A stretch of DNA of 63,974 nt, the filler included, from Trypethelium eluteriae (lineage: Eukaryota): NCBI GenBank assembly GCA_051942245.1. It is 4 parts of 4 records of this genome, joined end to end, with 100 filler letters (N's around TTAATTAATTAA, not from the genome) between each part and the next. Parts side by side here need not be neighbours in the genome. Positions count along the whole stretch, not along the records: positions 49,984 to 63,974 come from JAVECL010000709.1; 3 more parts are not named here. The stretch is one strand, 5' to 3'. The notes below the pieces were generated by a model. The model was given only the letters and a program-made list of their open reading frames with translations, did no database searches and was not told the DNA's origin. A program made the translations under genes and the position numbers. Below are positions 50,333 to 63,974 of the stretch, piece by piece; the stretch's first letter is position 1, and each line of letters starts with the position of its first letter.

Positions 50333-50741
50333 TTGGGATGAGATCAAGCTCAGTGGCTTCTCATCATAATTATTCTGGGACATCGACGCCATATTTGCGT
50401 GTGCACATACGCCCTGTGGACAGCTGGCATGGTAAATAGGGCCATTTGGTTGGGGGTTGACGTTGACGTCCAGAGTTGTGGCAGCAGGTACGCCATGGCT
50501 GTGCGGTCTTGAAGGGACGGAAGTCGCGGAGCAGACAAATGACCTTCGAGCCGATCCGCTCCCTGACAAAGCCGTGGCGAAGATGCGGTACGAGGCACAA
50601 CTCAGCTTCATTTAGGGTTCACCGGCTTTTCCAATAGAGAATTTCCCTCCATTTCATTAGTATTACTTTCCCTTGATAATCTGCGCCTCGTGGTCTGTCG
50701 ACAATAATCTCTAATCCAGGTGTGGAGTCAATTCCCTCTTC

Positions 50742-51832
50742 ATGGAAGAGAAATCTCCCCGTTCCGAACGGGAGAGGGCCAACTTGATCAGTGAATTACC
50801 TCAGGTCGTGGAGAAGAAAGTCAGGAAGGCCTTGCGGGTTGTCGTATGGGATCAGTTGCCAGAATGGCAGCAAGACAATCATTTCATTCGCAGCGGCTAT
50901 CGTCCGGCATCTGGTTCCTATCTCGGTTCTTTCCAGTCTTTGGGATATCTTCATAATGAATCGGTGAACGTATACAGCCATCTTATAGGCGCAATCCTTG
51001 CTCTTGCTACAGCATTCTCGCTTTTCAGTACTGTTGGGAAGCGCTACTCTTCAGCAGACGCTGATGATCTTCTCGTTCTCAGTTGCTACTTCATCGGAGC
51101 TGCTGCTTGCCTTGGCCTGTCTGCAACTTACCATTTGATATCGAACCACTCAGAAGTCGTGGCCAAGTTTGGAAACAAGCTTGACTACCTAGGGATCGTT
51201 GCCCTCATTTGGGGGAGCTTTGTTCCTACGGTATATTACGGCTTTAGAGATGACGTGCAATTAATGAAGGTTTATTGGGCGATGGTAGTCCTTCTCCAAA
51301 AGCCCACGAGCAACCTCCCAGCTAAAACCAGTCCCAGATTACCACCATTGGTGCGGGCTGTGCTGTCGTTTCTATCAATTCGGAGTTTCGCAAGCCCAAG
51401 TGGCGACCCTTCCGTGCCGCTATGTTCGTTGGTATGGGTCTTTCCGCAATCTTCCCTGTGCTTCATGGACTTCGTCTATATGGTGTCCGACGGTTAGATA
51501 AGACCATGGGTCTGTCATGGGTTGTGCTTCAAGGTTTCTTGTACGTCCTGGGTGCTGGGATCTATGCGGTGAGGAACGTCTTCATTCGCATGCGTACAGA
51601 TGATCTGACTAGTATCGAGATGCGTGTTCCTGAACGGTGGAGGCCTGGACAGTTCGACATCTGGGGAAGTTCACACCAAATATTCCATATCATGGTGCTT
51701 TGTGCCGCTGCTGCTCATCTCATGGGACTGCTAAGGGCATTTGACCATCGACATAGTCTCGGTCTGAATGCTGACGCCGCCTCGATTCTTTGGATCCCAA
51801 GTCCCATGCCCTTGAGGTCCGCAAACAGCTGA
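50742..51832 (+). CDS. PAQR/IZH-family (adiponectin-receptor/haemolysin-III-like) membrane protein
   Basis: LPEWQQDNHFIRSGYR, HNESVNVYSH, SATYH, KLDYLGI, RVPERWRPGQFDIWGSSHQIFH. Two introns. Confidence 0.92.
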
Positions 51833-53472
51833 TGTTAATATTCTGCGATTTGGACGATGTTACAAAGAAAAGAATAAATTGAGTGATCTCACGGTCTGTG
51901 GAGAACGATGGACATCTTTGACAAAGATCGTTGCGCTTAGTGAGCCAGCAATTTCCGCACCGAGGGAATCACTTATTACATCCATAAGAGGATTCTCGTC
52001 AGCCCAATTGGCTCTGGACACTCAAGAAGAACCCTGTGCGAGCTGAAAAGGTCCAAGTGACGTCAAGTTCTTGGGGAAAGACTCATACTCTCAGCATTTG
52101 ACACTCTCTCAATCCTCCTACCTGCTACTGTGGCTTTCAGAAGATGTCAGCGTTACGAAGGTCCATCTTTAGCGAGGACACTGCGCTAGCAAGTGATTCC
52201 AAACCGGCTTTGCCGATAAAGTTCCGAGCTCCTACTGGAAGGTGTGTGTGGTGGGTGTCCACTCATCACCGCACATATCACAGTACTCCACCCTGAGCAC
52301 ATATCACAGAACCCCCACCCCGAACACTTATATCCGTTGAATACGCGTTCGATCCCCGGGTCTGTCAGAATCATGAAATACAGAATCAAAGAAAATGAGG
52401 ACATTCCAAATCTCAAAAAAAGGGAGCTAGGGAAGAGACGAGGCAGATGAGCAAAGCAAAGAGCAAAAAGTTCGGAGTGGGTGGGGGAACATTACTCCTA
52501 TGAAAAACTCCCTGAACAATGTTTCAGACCTAATACGCCAGCTGCACCCCCACGGTACAGTATTCCGGTAATAGTGGGACATTTTTCTTTCGCTAAGCTG
52601 ACTCGGCCACCGAATCTTACCGCAGAAAACATTTTCACAACAACTCGTATACATAGTTTGAGTGAATCAGAGCCTGTGATCAACCTTCAGCATCACACGA
52701 CCAGTATCTGTAGGTTTGTACCATTAAAGACAACGAGCCTAAAGGACTTTGAGATCATGACCTTCGCTTGGGGGATCTGAGGTTCATTATTCTAAAAAAC
52801 TAAGATAGCCTATTCTACATAGGTCCTAAACAGATCATGCCTCGTAACGTAGCGCGCTATGGCAGAACAAATTACTCGATTAGGAAAGGCTTCGTTTATC
52901 CAATAAGCTTGAAGTAGATCCGCCAGTTCACTGTTATTTTGAATGGTTTGTCAAGGGCAATTACTCTGCAAAAGTGTCTAGAGTTGGAGGGCCTCCCTTC
53001 TTATCCCTTTTGATCGTGCGATCAGTACCGAGAGCTGTACAAATGCCCGGTATGATACTGGAACGGTTCGAAATCTCAAATAGGAAATGTGCACGAACCA
53101 AGACGGGATGCTCGGCTGAGTTCGCGAACGTCTAGTTCTCGTCTGCTTTTCGTCCATTTCCTCGTTGGAACAAAAGCCTTCGTGAGCGTTGACCCAAACT
53201 GATCTTTCACAGTGTCGCTTCGCAGACTTTGAGATGGCGGTCCGCTCCAAAACATATCCCAGTCCGTTGACGGGCCAGGGTCGTCGTGCCAAGATTCGTG
53301 AGCCAAATGCCTAAGTCTGATGCAGAAGCTTCATAACTTCGGGCCGACCCTGGATACTGAAGAATTGGTCTTCCGCAGGCCCAGGATCTATCAGGAACAG
53401 TGGCGATAGATTTGCGCCGAAAAAGATATTTGTTGTGGTTGATGCAATGCTTGCCTTTTCCCCTGCAGCATG

Positions 53473-53504
53473 CAAGCCCCATCAAGCCCATCAAGCCCAT
53501 CAAG
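53473..53504. repeat. Short 9-bp tandem repeat (CAAGCCCAT) x~3.5 upstream of PGM
   Basis: caagccccatcaagcccatcaagcccatcaag. Confidence 0.7.
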
Positions 53505-53739
53505 GCTCGAGCCCACGTTGCGCCGCCACTTGGTGACTTGTTGAGTTGATTAGGGAGTACGTTTTCGTCACCGCCTGGCCCCCACTACTCTGCTGCCCCT
53601 CCATCCGAAACTATTTTTCCTCCTGCTGCTCCCTCCAAGCACTCAAATAATTCCCACTTCATTTTCTCCAATTTCTGCCAATTCCAATTTCAATACCAGT
53701 TTCATTTTCAAGAATAGCAAATCCCTCTAATCAATCATA

Positions 53740-55574
<1,835 letters not shown>

Positions 55575-56079
55575 AGGGGCACAGGGAAGATGAAGTGCTC
55601 TGGAGGATGAAGACGGCTCATGGCAAGTCCGACGAATAATGAATGCTGCAGGAAGACATCGTCGGCAAGGTATTGCTGTGGTATCTGTCTCCCAAGAATG
55701 ACGAATGGTGTGATGAGGAATGGGATTTATCTTGTTTGGAATGACATACATAGATACAAAAGCGAAACTCTTAATACAATGAGAAGATCCTACTATTGCG
55801 TACAATTCACGGCCTTGGCTACAGCCGCATCGTTCTGAGAACTAAGGCGAGAATACACGAGACATTCCTTTCTGATAGAGTTGTTCGCTTGTACCAATTT
55901 CGAAAAGAAAGATGTTCCTTATGGTTAGGAAGTGTGGCCACTAAGGATTCCCTAGAACGCAGACCAATTGGTCGAGCTATTTAAAGCGATCGCTTGAATA
56001 GAATTGTATTCATCACAGTGCTACTCGTATGAGTAGGAAAGCCTTGCTGGCAATGTACTGTAGTAAGCAGGGACCACGC

Positions 56080-57438
56080 TCAGTATGTATTCAACCCAAC
56101 CACTTTACAGGTTCGCCCAATCGAGTTAAGACTTCTCCTAATCTCCTCTCGTGTTGGGTTCAGGGATATCAATTGACCTCTTAAGACTAATTTCACCTTG
56201 TATAGCTCGCAGTGAGCTGTTCCACCCCCAGCATCCGAGGGCACAAAACCGTCTACATCCCTGCACGCTTGGTGCTCGGGATTGCGGCACATAAGCATCA
56301 TCTCCATCCTCGAAATGAAGTAGGATTTTAGGCGTAAAAGGCTTTGTTCTCCCAGGGGAAAGCTTCCTAAATGACCGGTCCAACTCAGATCGAGCTCCTT
56401 CAGGAGATGTAGGTCTCTGATGCAAAGAAGGCAACGAAGATCATACTCTTCGAAAATCGTGTCAACCAGGCTTAGAACTTCGAGTTTTGCGCAGCGTCCT
56501 ATCCATTGCCAGACGCCTCCGTAAATAAGCGGCCTGGCTAGCCTAGATGATGGAAACTCGCGAGCACGATCCAAACGAAGTATGCGAAGGTTTGGACTGT
56601 TCGGGAATAACACATGGCTACTTGGCTCCCAGTAACTACAGAGATGTGAGTCGGAAAGATCTAGCTCTGTCAGGTTGGGGGCGACCGCATCAAAATTCCC
56701 AAGCACGGGCATGATTCTCTCAACACACGGGTGATCGTGCACCCTCGCGACGACGACGAAATCAATGGCAGCTTGGATCACCTGCAAGTTTGGACACCTG
56801 AGGCGAAGCTTCGCTGTCCCGTTGTCCATACTTTGGCTCATCGAAAACAAAATCCAGAAGAGATTCCCGGGAACAGGCCAATGCATCTCTGTAGAGACCT
56901 CGGATTTGAAATGTAATAATACTCTGTCATATTCTGAGTAGGGGATTTGTAGCTGAAGTCGTGTAGCATTAACGATGCGCTGCTGTACAGCTATCTCGAT
57001 CGACAAGTCTGAGATGTGTATCTTAGGTGAAGTGGACGTTTGATCTAAGCGCACTGCATTGTAGCGTCGGTAAAAACCATGGCGTGAGGTCTATCGTATG
57101 CCAGTCAAGGGCTTGATCAATCAGTGTATGCCACTAAAGTCTGTATCAGTGAATCAGAGTTTAGAATAAGCTGAGCTTCCGTGGAACTGCCGCGCCCTTC
57201 AGGAATGTAGTCCGGTTCATGAGTTCAGTATCAGGAAAGAGAGACTTACATTTGAGCAGACCAGCATGCAAGAGAACAGTGCCTTTGAATCAACATCGTG
57301 GAATATTTGAAGCCATAGCTCGTTGGGCAGATGCAATGAGGCGGTATTGGAATCGGAAGACGAAGTATTCTCTTGAACCACTGACAGTACTGTAGGAAGA
57401 GTAGAAGAAGGCTTGTCTCGTTGTTTGTGTTGTTTCAT
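56080..57438 (-). pseudogene. F-box + LRR-like protein gene with an apparent 1-nt frameshift (pseudogene or sequencing error)
   Basis: The F-box LPNELWLQIF..CMLVCSN|WHTLIDQALDWHTIDL frame stops soon after. The LRR-like ORF 56080-57054 (NLTELDLS, NLRILRLD, LEVLSL, LKELDLS) lies in another frame. Confidence 0.65.
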
Positions 57439-57784
57439 CCTTTCTGCGTACAACAAACGCCAGGGGAGTGTGATGGCAGCAACCAATAAGCTCAGAAGTT
57501 GCAAAAATAATTGTCAACTATGTCCGTGCAAGGAAGAGAGTCGAGTGCTTCCTTCAGCTATGTGTACGCTATGAGCACTGATGAGGATGATCTGCTGGTT
57601 TTCAAAGTATGGCGACGTTATTTCCTTTCGTGAATTGATGCTGAGGTTTCTCTAAACAGGGTGATCAATTTCAGGCGGCGATGGGCAAACTCGATTCGTG
57701 ACCAAAATTCGCATTACACGTGAGCGGTGTTTGAGCAAGTCACTGGCTCGGTATGACAAATGTGGGAGGCAGGAAGTATGACTA

Positions 57785-58419
57785 TTACTCTTTTGGGTTT
57801 GTGCTTTCTTTGAAGAATGCCTGTCGATAGAACCGGGCCTCCTCGATGCTTTCCAGTATATCAGTTTTCGCATCGTGCTTGCCCGCTTTTTGGGGGCTTT
57901 TCTTCAGAGTCTCCGCGGGTGCCCAACGCCGTGCAGCTTCCTTTATTGCGCTCACATCTAAAAGGCGATGATGCAGGTGTTGGAGCACCTTTTTGTACGG
58001 TGGCTTCATAAGAAACATCTTGTCCGCGTGGACGGTATTGCCTGCCAACAGAGCTTGACGGCGCTCTGGCACTAGACGCTTGATATACCAAAATAAGTCA
58101 TCGGCGGCTTTGTTCATTGTGGTCTCAGACTTCAAACAGGCTTGTGTAAGACCGCTTTGGCCATGATGCGTTTTGCACCATTCACCCATCTGATCGAGCT
58201 GTTGCTGAGAGTGGTGAATGAAGAGCTCAAGCCCGTCAGGTTCAAGTAGATTCAAGTCATAGTCCGTCACGAAGCAAGCTATTGACATAATTGAGTCTTG
58301 TTCCGGGTCCAACCCTGTCATCTGTTCATGTTAGCTGGCATTCGATTATTGGAGAGGCCTATCTAATTTACTTCACAATCGATCCAAACCAAAGGATCTC
58401 TAGAAATCGATTCGGGCAT
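57785..58419 (-). CDS. REX2: Oligoribonuclease (DEDDh 3'-5' exonuclease)
   Basis: PLVWIDCE|MTGLD, LAGNTVHADKMFL, HHRLLDVS, HDAKTDILESIEE. Confidence 0.92.
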
Positions 58420-58615
58420 GATGATGGAGAAACAGGAAATTTGCTATACAGATAATGTGGGACAGAATTGTGCAAAAAAGGGAATGCCGTAACGAGAGAC
58501 TTTTGCACTTTCTCCCAACGTCTAGGTATGTGCTCACCTCATGGACGAGACATGCAGTGGAGACTGAGGTTGGTGTGCATCGACGAAATGTGGGGCAGAG
58601 CACAGACGCCACTCA

Positions 58616-58640
58616 ACGCGTCGCGTCTTGAGTGTCGCGT
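58616..58640. promoter_or_regulatory. MCB (MluI cell-cycle box) cluster upstream of POL1
   Basis: ACGCGT at 58616-58621 plus two further TCGCGT cores, about 140-160 bp before the POL1 ATG. Confidence 0.7.
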
Positions 58641-58776
58641 CCTCTTGCTGAAGCTTTCAAGCTCCCGCATTTCACCCAAGCACACCTTACTCCCAGCAAC
58701 AGAGCAACAGACCTTTTCTCAAGCTTGGCTTTGCCTACCTTTCCTCCAATGAGATATTGACTCTCTCAACCTCAAG

Positions 58777-61700
58777 ATGTCCAGAGCTGCAAAGCTTGCC
58801 GAGCTTCGAGCTCTGCGCGCATCGGGAAAGACGCGCCTCGATTCCTATCAGGTTGAAGAACAGGAGCAACTATACGAAGAAGTCGACGAAGAAGGCTACA
58901 AGAAAGTGGTGAGACGTCGACTTGACCAAGATGACTTTGTAGTGGACGACAATGGAGAGGGTTACGCAGATGATGGCCGAGAAGACTGGCATACCGAGCA
59001 AGGGCCAGCATACGACTCGGAGAGTGAAGAAGACTTGCCACTGCCCGGCAAGACTGGTGAGTCGCAACATGGTCTGACGAGTTAATATGCAGGCTTACAA
59101 TTGCACGTACAGGAAGAGGAAAGCGGAAGCGCGAGGAAGAACGCGAGAAAATGGACAAAATCAACAATGGCATTAGCAAGTACTTCAATGCAAATGCCGC
59201 TACTACGGCTCCGAAGCCTAAACCTAAGGTTAGCTCGAGCCGAAACAATCACCCTTTCTTAGCAATCACTCACTCCTTATACAGCCCATCAAGACTGCAG
59301 AGGACAATGCCTTCATGGAAGGCCTACTGAATGAAGTGAACGTGAACAGTGCAGGAAGGCATGCACCTCCAATGAAAGCTATCAAGACTGAATCTCGACG
59401 AAAGACCCGCGTACTGTCACCTCCAATCAATGAGGACCGTAAAAGGACTTCTCACACCAAAGACCTTCACAACGGTGCTCCTGTAATCATTACTCCACCC
59501 GCGCAGGACACAAACGATGACGATGATGGATATATGCCTCCGATCGACGACGACATGGTCATGAGCGATCCTGCTCCGCCATCGTCTCCGGTCACAAAAG
59601 CTGTCGAACGAAAGGCGCAGACATCAGTCAAAGTAGAGGAGGAGGAAGATGATATGATGGAAGTTTCCCAAGCTGTGGGAAATGCAAATGCTTCATCAGC
59701 AAACGTCAACATAATTGGTGCTCGCCCAATCCCAAAGAAAGCAAAGAAGGTGGATTATCCCACACCTGAGAGTTCTTCACCAACGGGTCCAAGCGCTATG
59801 AAAGTCGATCCATCATCGTGGAACGACTTGAATAGCAAGTTGAATGTTCTAAGTAGCCCCCCAACAGAGGCTCCTAGTGCCGGTAAACTTAATCCAAAAG
59901 ATGCTGTAGAGGAAGACGGCAGCTTGCGCATGTTCTGGCTTGATTACACGGAAATAAACGGCAGTCTTTGCTTATTTGGAAAAGTCAAAGACAAAAAGAC
60001 AGATCGCTTCGTCAGCTGTTTTGCCAAGGTCGACAATATTCTTCGGAAGCTCTATTTTCTCCCCCGAGAAAGTCGCCATAGGAATGGTCAAGATACCCAA
60101 GAGGAGGTAGACATGGGTGACGTCTATGATGAAGTGGATGCAATCATGACCAAATTCCGTGTGAACATGCACAAGATCAAGCCTTGCTCAAGAAAATATG
60201 CATTCGAGCTACCAGACATTCCAAAGGAAGCTGACTACCTCAAGTTACTCTATCCCTACGACAAACCTGCCTTGCCTATGGATCTCAAGGGTGAAACATT
60301 TTCGCAAGTCTTTGGTACAAATACAGCGCTTTTTGAGCAATTCGTCCTATGGAAGAATATCATGGGTCCATGCTGGCTTAAAATCGAGGGAGCCGACTTC
60401 AATGCCGTCAACAATGCTTCTTGGTGCAAGCTGGAACTCCAGGTCAGCAAACCTAACGACATTGCCACGTTGGGCGATTCCGACAATCTTGAAGCGCCGC
60501 CTCTAACGCTGATGAGCATTGCCCTTCGCACTACTATGAACGTCAAAGAGAACAGACAAGAGATTCTGATGGCCAGTGCGAGAGTGTACGAGAATGTCTC
60601 ATTAACTGACACAACTCCGTCAGAAAAGCTTCCTTGCTCAACCTATACTGTCATGCGTCCAAATGGAGAATATCCCATGGGTTTTAAGATGGAAGCAGAA
60701 AAGCATAAGGGAACCGTAAAACTGGAGAAGAATGAAGGCGCGTTACTGAGCATGTTCATGGCGATTCTGGCGAAAATGGATCCTGATGTACTAATGGGTC
60801 ATCGATGGGACGATGTCGACTACAGTATGCTCTTGAGTCGACTTCGAGACCGGAAGACCCCAGGATGGCACCGGATCGGACGACTACGAAGGAGCGAATG
60901 GCCAAAGAATATGGGCAGGGGTGCTTCGAGCTTCTTCGTTGAGAGGCAATTAGCGTCTGGTCGATTGATGTGCGATTTGGCCAATGACATGGGCAAGGTA
61001 AACGCCCTCCAAGTGCAAGATCCGACGCATAGAAACATTGCTTACAATGTCTAGTCCCTTATGACGAAATGTCAATCTTGGAGTCTCGAGGAGATGGTCG
61101 AACTTGTCCTCGGGAAGGGAACTGTTCGCCGCGAGCTGGACAGCGAGGCAGCTCTCAAGACTTGGGCAACAACTCGCGAAGGACTAATGAATTACCTCAG
61201 ACACTGCGAAGCCGACACGTACTTCGTTGCAGCACTTGCGCTTAAGGTGCAAATGCTTCCTCTAACAAAGGTCTTGACCAACCTCGCAGGCAACTCCTGG
61301 GCAAGAACTTTGAGCGGTACAAGGGCTGAACGTAACGAGTATATTTTGCTCCACGAGTTCTACCGCAACAAGTATATCTGCCCTGACAAAGTTTGGGGCA
61401 AAGGAAAGCAAAAGGACGAGGAAGAGCATGCTGATGGAGAAGAAGCTGTCGACGTCAAGAAGAAAGACAAGTATAAGGGGGGTCTTGTCTTTGAGCCGGA
61501 GAAAGGATTATACGACAAGTACATCCTAGTGATGGACTTCAACAGTCTGTATCCGAGTATCATTCAGGAATTCAACATTTGCTTCACCACCGTTGATCGA
61601 GCAGGTTTCGTAAGTACAGTAGTCACAGAATTTAGGAAAGTCCTCTAACGAGCAGTATAGTCCGAAGAGGATGAACAAGTCCCTGAAGTACCAACAGATC

Positions 61701-63479
61701 AGGCTCAGGGTATCCTCCCAAGGCTCATTGCTACACTTGTCAGTAGGAGACGAGAAGTCAAAAAGCTCATGAAAGACAAGACTGCTACCTCCGACCAACT
61801 GGCCACCTGGGACATTAAGCAAATGGCACTTAAGCTCACAGCCAATTCAATGTATGGCTGTCTTGGATACACGAGGTCTCGGTTTTATGCAAGGCCACTT
61901 GCGGTCCTCACCACATTCAAGGGTCGTGAAATTTTACGGAGTACGAAGGATCTTGCCGAGAGTACGCAACTGCGTGTCATCTACGGAGACACTGACTCCG
62001 TCATGATCAACACAAATGCAGATAACATCCAGGATGCCTTGAAGGTCGGGACTGAGTTCAAGCGCTCTGTCAATGAACGTTATAGGCTTCTCGAAATTGA
62101 TATCGACAACATCTTCAAACGGTTATTACTGCATGCTAAGAAGAAGTATGCCGCCATTAACATGGTGGAAGTGGACGGAAAATTTATGGACAAGCTTGAA
62201 GTGAAGGGTCTTGATATGAGGAGAAGAGAATATTGTTTGCTCTCCAAGGAGACTTCAACAAAGCTTCTAAACTTTCTACTCTCTGGCGACGACCACGATA
62301 CCGTAGTGGAAAAGGTTCACGAATACCTTCGTAACCTAGCTGAGGAGATGCGCAAGTTCACGATTCCAGTCCCGAAGTACACCATTTTCACGCAACTCGG
62401 CAAAAATCCCAAGGAGTACGACAACTCCGCCAGCATGCCATCAGTACAGGTCGCTCTTCGTCAGATTGCGAAGGGAAAGCACGTCAAAGCCAAAGATGTC
62501 ATGTCCTTCATCATCACTGGAGAAAATGCAGGCTCAGCAGAAGCAGCAGCCAGGAATGCGTTCACTCTGGACGAAGTATTGAAAGCAGATTCTGGTCTCA
62601 AACCTGGTAAGCTGACACTTCGTGATCGTCTGTCTAGAAGCTGATCCTAACCTCCTCTCAGACATCGACTACTACCTCCACAAGCAGATCCTCCCCCCGG
62701 TCGAACGGCTCTGTGCCCCCATCTCCGGCACCAACATCACCCTCCTCGCGTCCTGCCTCGGCCTCGACACCACCAAATACCGCGTCTCTACCGCAACCAC
62801 CAGCTCCTCCACCCTCGACAACGAAATCCAACCCCTCGAGTCCCAAATCCCAGACCACATCCGCTTCAAGGACTGCGCGCCCCTCTCTCTCCGCTGCCTC
62901 TCCTGCCGTCACCCTTTCACCTTCTCGGGCCTCGCCCACTGCGGTAAGGATGCCGACGACACCAACGCCAACGCTTCAAACGACGGCCTCCAGTGTCCGC
63001 GGAAGGACTGCGGTGTCGTGCTGAAGAACTTGAGTCTCGTGGCGCAGTTGGAGGCGCAAGTGAGGCGGCACACTGCGCGCTACTATGAGGCCTGGCTCGT
63101 GTGCGACGACCCGGCTTGTAGGGCGCGGACGAGGCAGATGAGCGTGTACGGGCATCGCTGTCTGGGCCCGAAGGCATTGGGTCATGGGTGTTTGGGTAAG
63201 ATGGGATATGAGTTTGGAGAGAAGGCGTTGTACAATCAGCTTTTGTATCTTCAGGGATTGTTTGATGTGGAGAAGGTGAAGGGCCAAATGGCAGGGAAGG
63301 ATGGGGTGAAGGTTGAGGCGGAGCTAAAAGAGAGGCTAGGAGTGGTGGCGGCGATGAATAGGGAGAGGTTTGAGACCTGTAAAGGGGTGGTCAAGGGGTA
63401 CTTAGATAGAAGTGGACGGCAATGGGTTGCGATGGACCAGCTGTTTGGGTTCGCGCTGAAGGCAGCATTGAGTGCATGA
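58777..63479 (+). CDS. POL1: DNA polymerase alpha catalytic subunit
   Basis: Multi-exon. [52 protein letters not shown] and C-terminal Cys zinc fingers. Confidence 0.96.
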
Positions 63480-63618
63480 GGAGGTCTAGTATAAAGTCTT
63501 CATATCTGGGAGCTATGTTTCCAAGGGGGTTTCTGGTTACACTATTTCTGCACATTACTATTTTGGCTATTTTCTCAAGTCATATTGTTTGATGATTTAT
63601 GCTTCCCACTCATTGACG

Positions 63619-63974
63619 TTATTTGATCTCGCTCCAGCCTCTACTATCCTCTCCGCCATGCACCATAACACTCTCTCCTATCTCCCCCTTGTCCTTCATG
63701 CCCTTCCTCACCTCCACAGCCTTCTTCAGCGCATCCTCGAAAACTACAACAAACCGCCTCACATCCACAAACGTATTGTACATCGGCGCCGGCGCCACGC
63801 GAATCACATCCGGCCTCCGCTCATCCACCACGCAGCCCTCCTCCTCCAGCACCTCCATCACGGGATCCAGCAACCCCTCCGCCAGCAGCACACTCAACTG
63901 CGCGCCCCTCTGCTCCGGCACCCTCGGCGTAATCACCCCAAACCACCTCCCCTCCACCACACTCAGCCCGATCC
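63619..63974 (-). CDS. BNA5: Kynureninase, C-terminal part (gene extends beyond the window)
   Basis: ITP..EQRGAQLSVLL..VVDERRPDVIRVAPAPMYNTF. Confidence 0.87.
   Translation of the reverse strand, partial: IGLSVVEGRWFGVITPRVPEQRGAQLSVLLAEGLLDPVMEVLEEEGCVVDERRPDVIRVAPAPMYNTFVDVRRFVVVFEDALKKAVEVRKGMKDKGEIGESVMVHGGEDSRGWSEIK

Noticed and set aside
52255..52582. TIR-like TACAGTATTCCGGTAATAGTGGGACA and a weak upstream inverse match
   Set aside because: The match is weak and the ends face the wrong way for an intact element.

Overview
Intron-rich genomic DNA from a filamentous ascomycete (Pezizomycotina; inferred from gene content and splice signals). The window is not one locus. It is four contigs joined by artificial 100-nt spacers (44 N + TTAATTAATTAA + 44 N) at 16568, 33226 and 49884, and the two complete contigs are both exactly 16,558 bp, which suggests size-sorted concatenation. 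About 30 genes can be reconstructed. Most are housekeeping: YSC84-like, DAHP synthase, GOT1, IES6, ADP/ATP carrier, YMR1, RPS3, DBP8, MKK1/2, PAQR/IZH, PGM, REX2, POL1 and kynureninase. The main discovery candidate is on contig 1: a compact meroterpenoid-type cluster with a UbiA polyprenyltransferase, a Pyr4/PaxB-family membrane terpene cyclase and an unusual heme-thiolate peroxygenase (ICP/EID motifs, catalytic Arg replaced by Trp). It is flanked by an alpha/beta-hydrolase, an NmrA-like reductase and a Zn2Cys6 regulator, and no PKS or FAD epoxidase is visible on the contig. Contig 2 has an accessory patch with two inverted 181-bp fold-back MITEs bracketing an intronless gene, a mini Tc1-like insertion in an intron, an APH-like kinase and a secreted protein with a possible G1-peptidase pattern. 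Contig 4 has an F-box/LRR gene split by a 1-nt frameshift.
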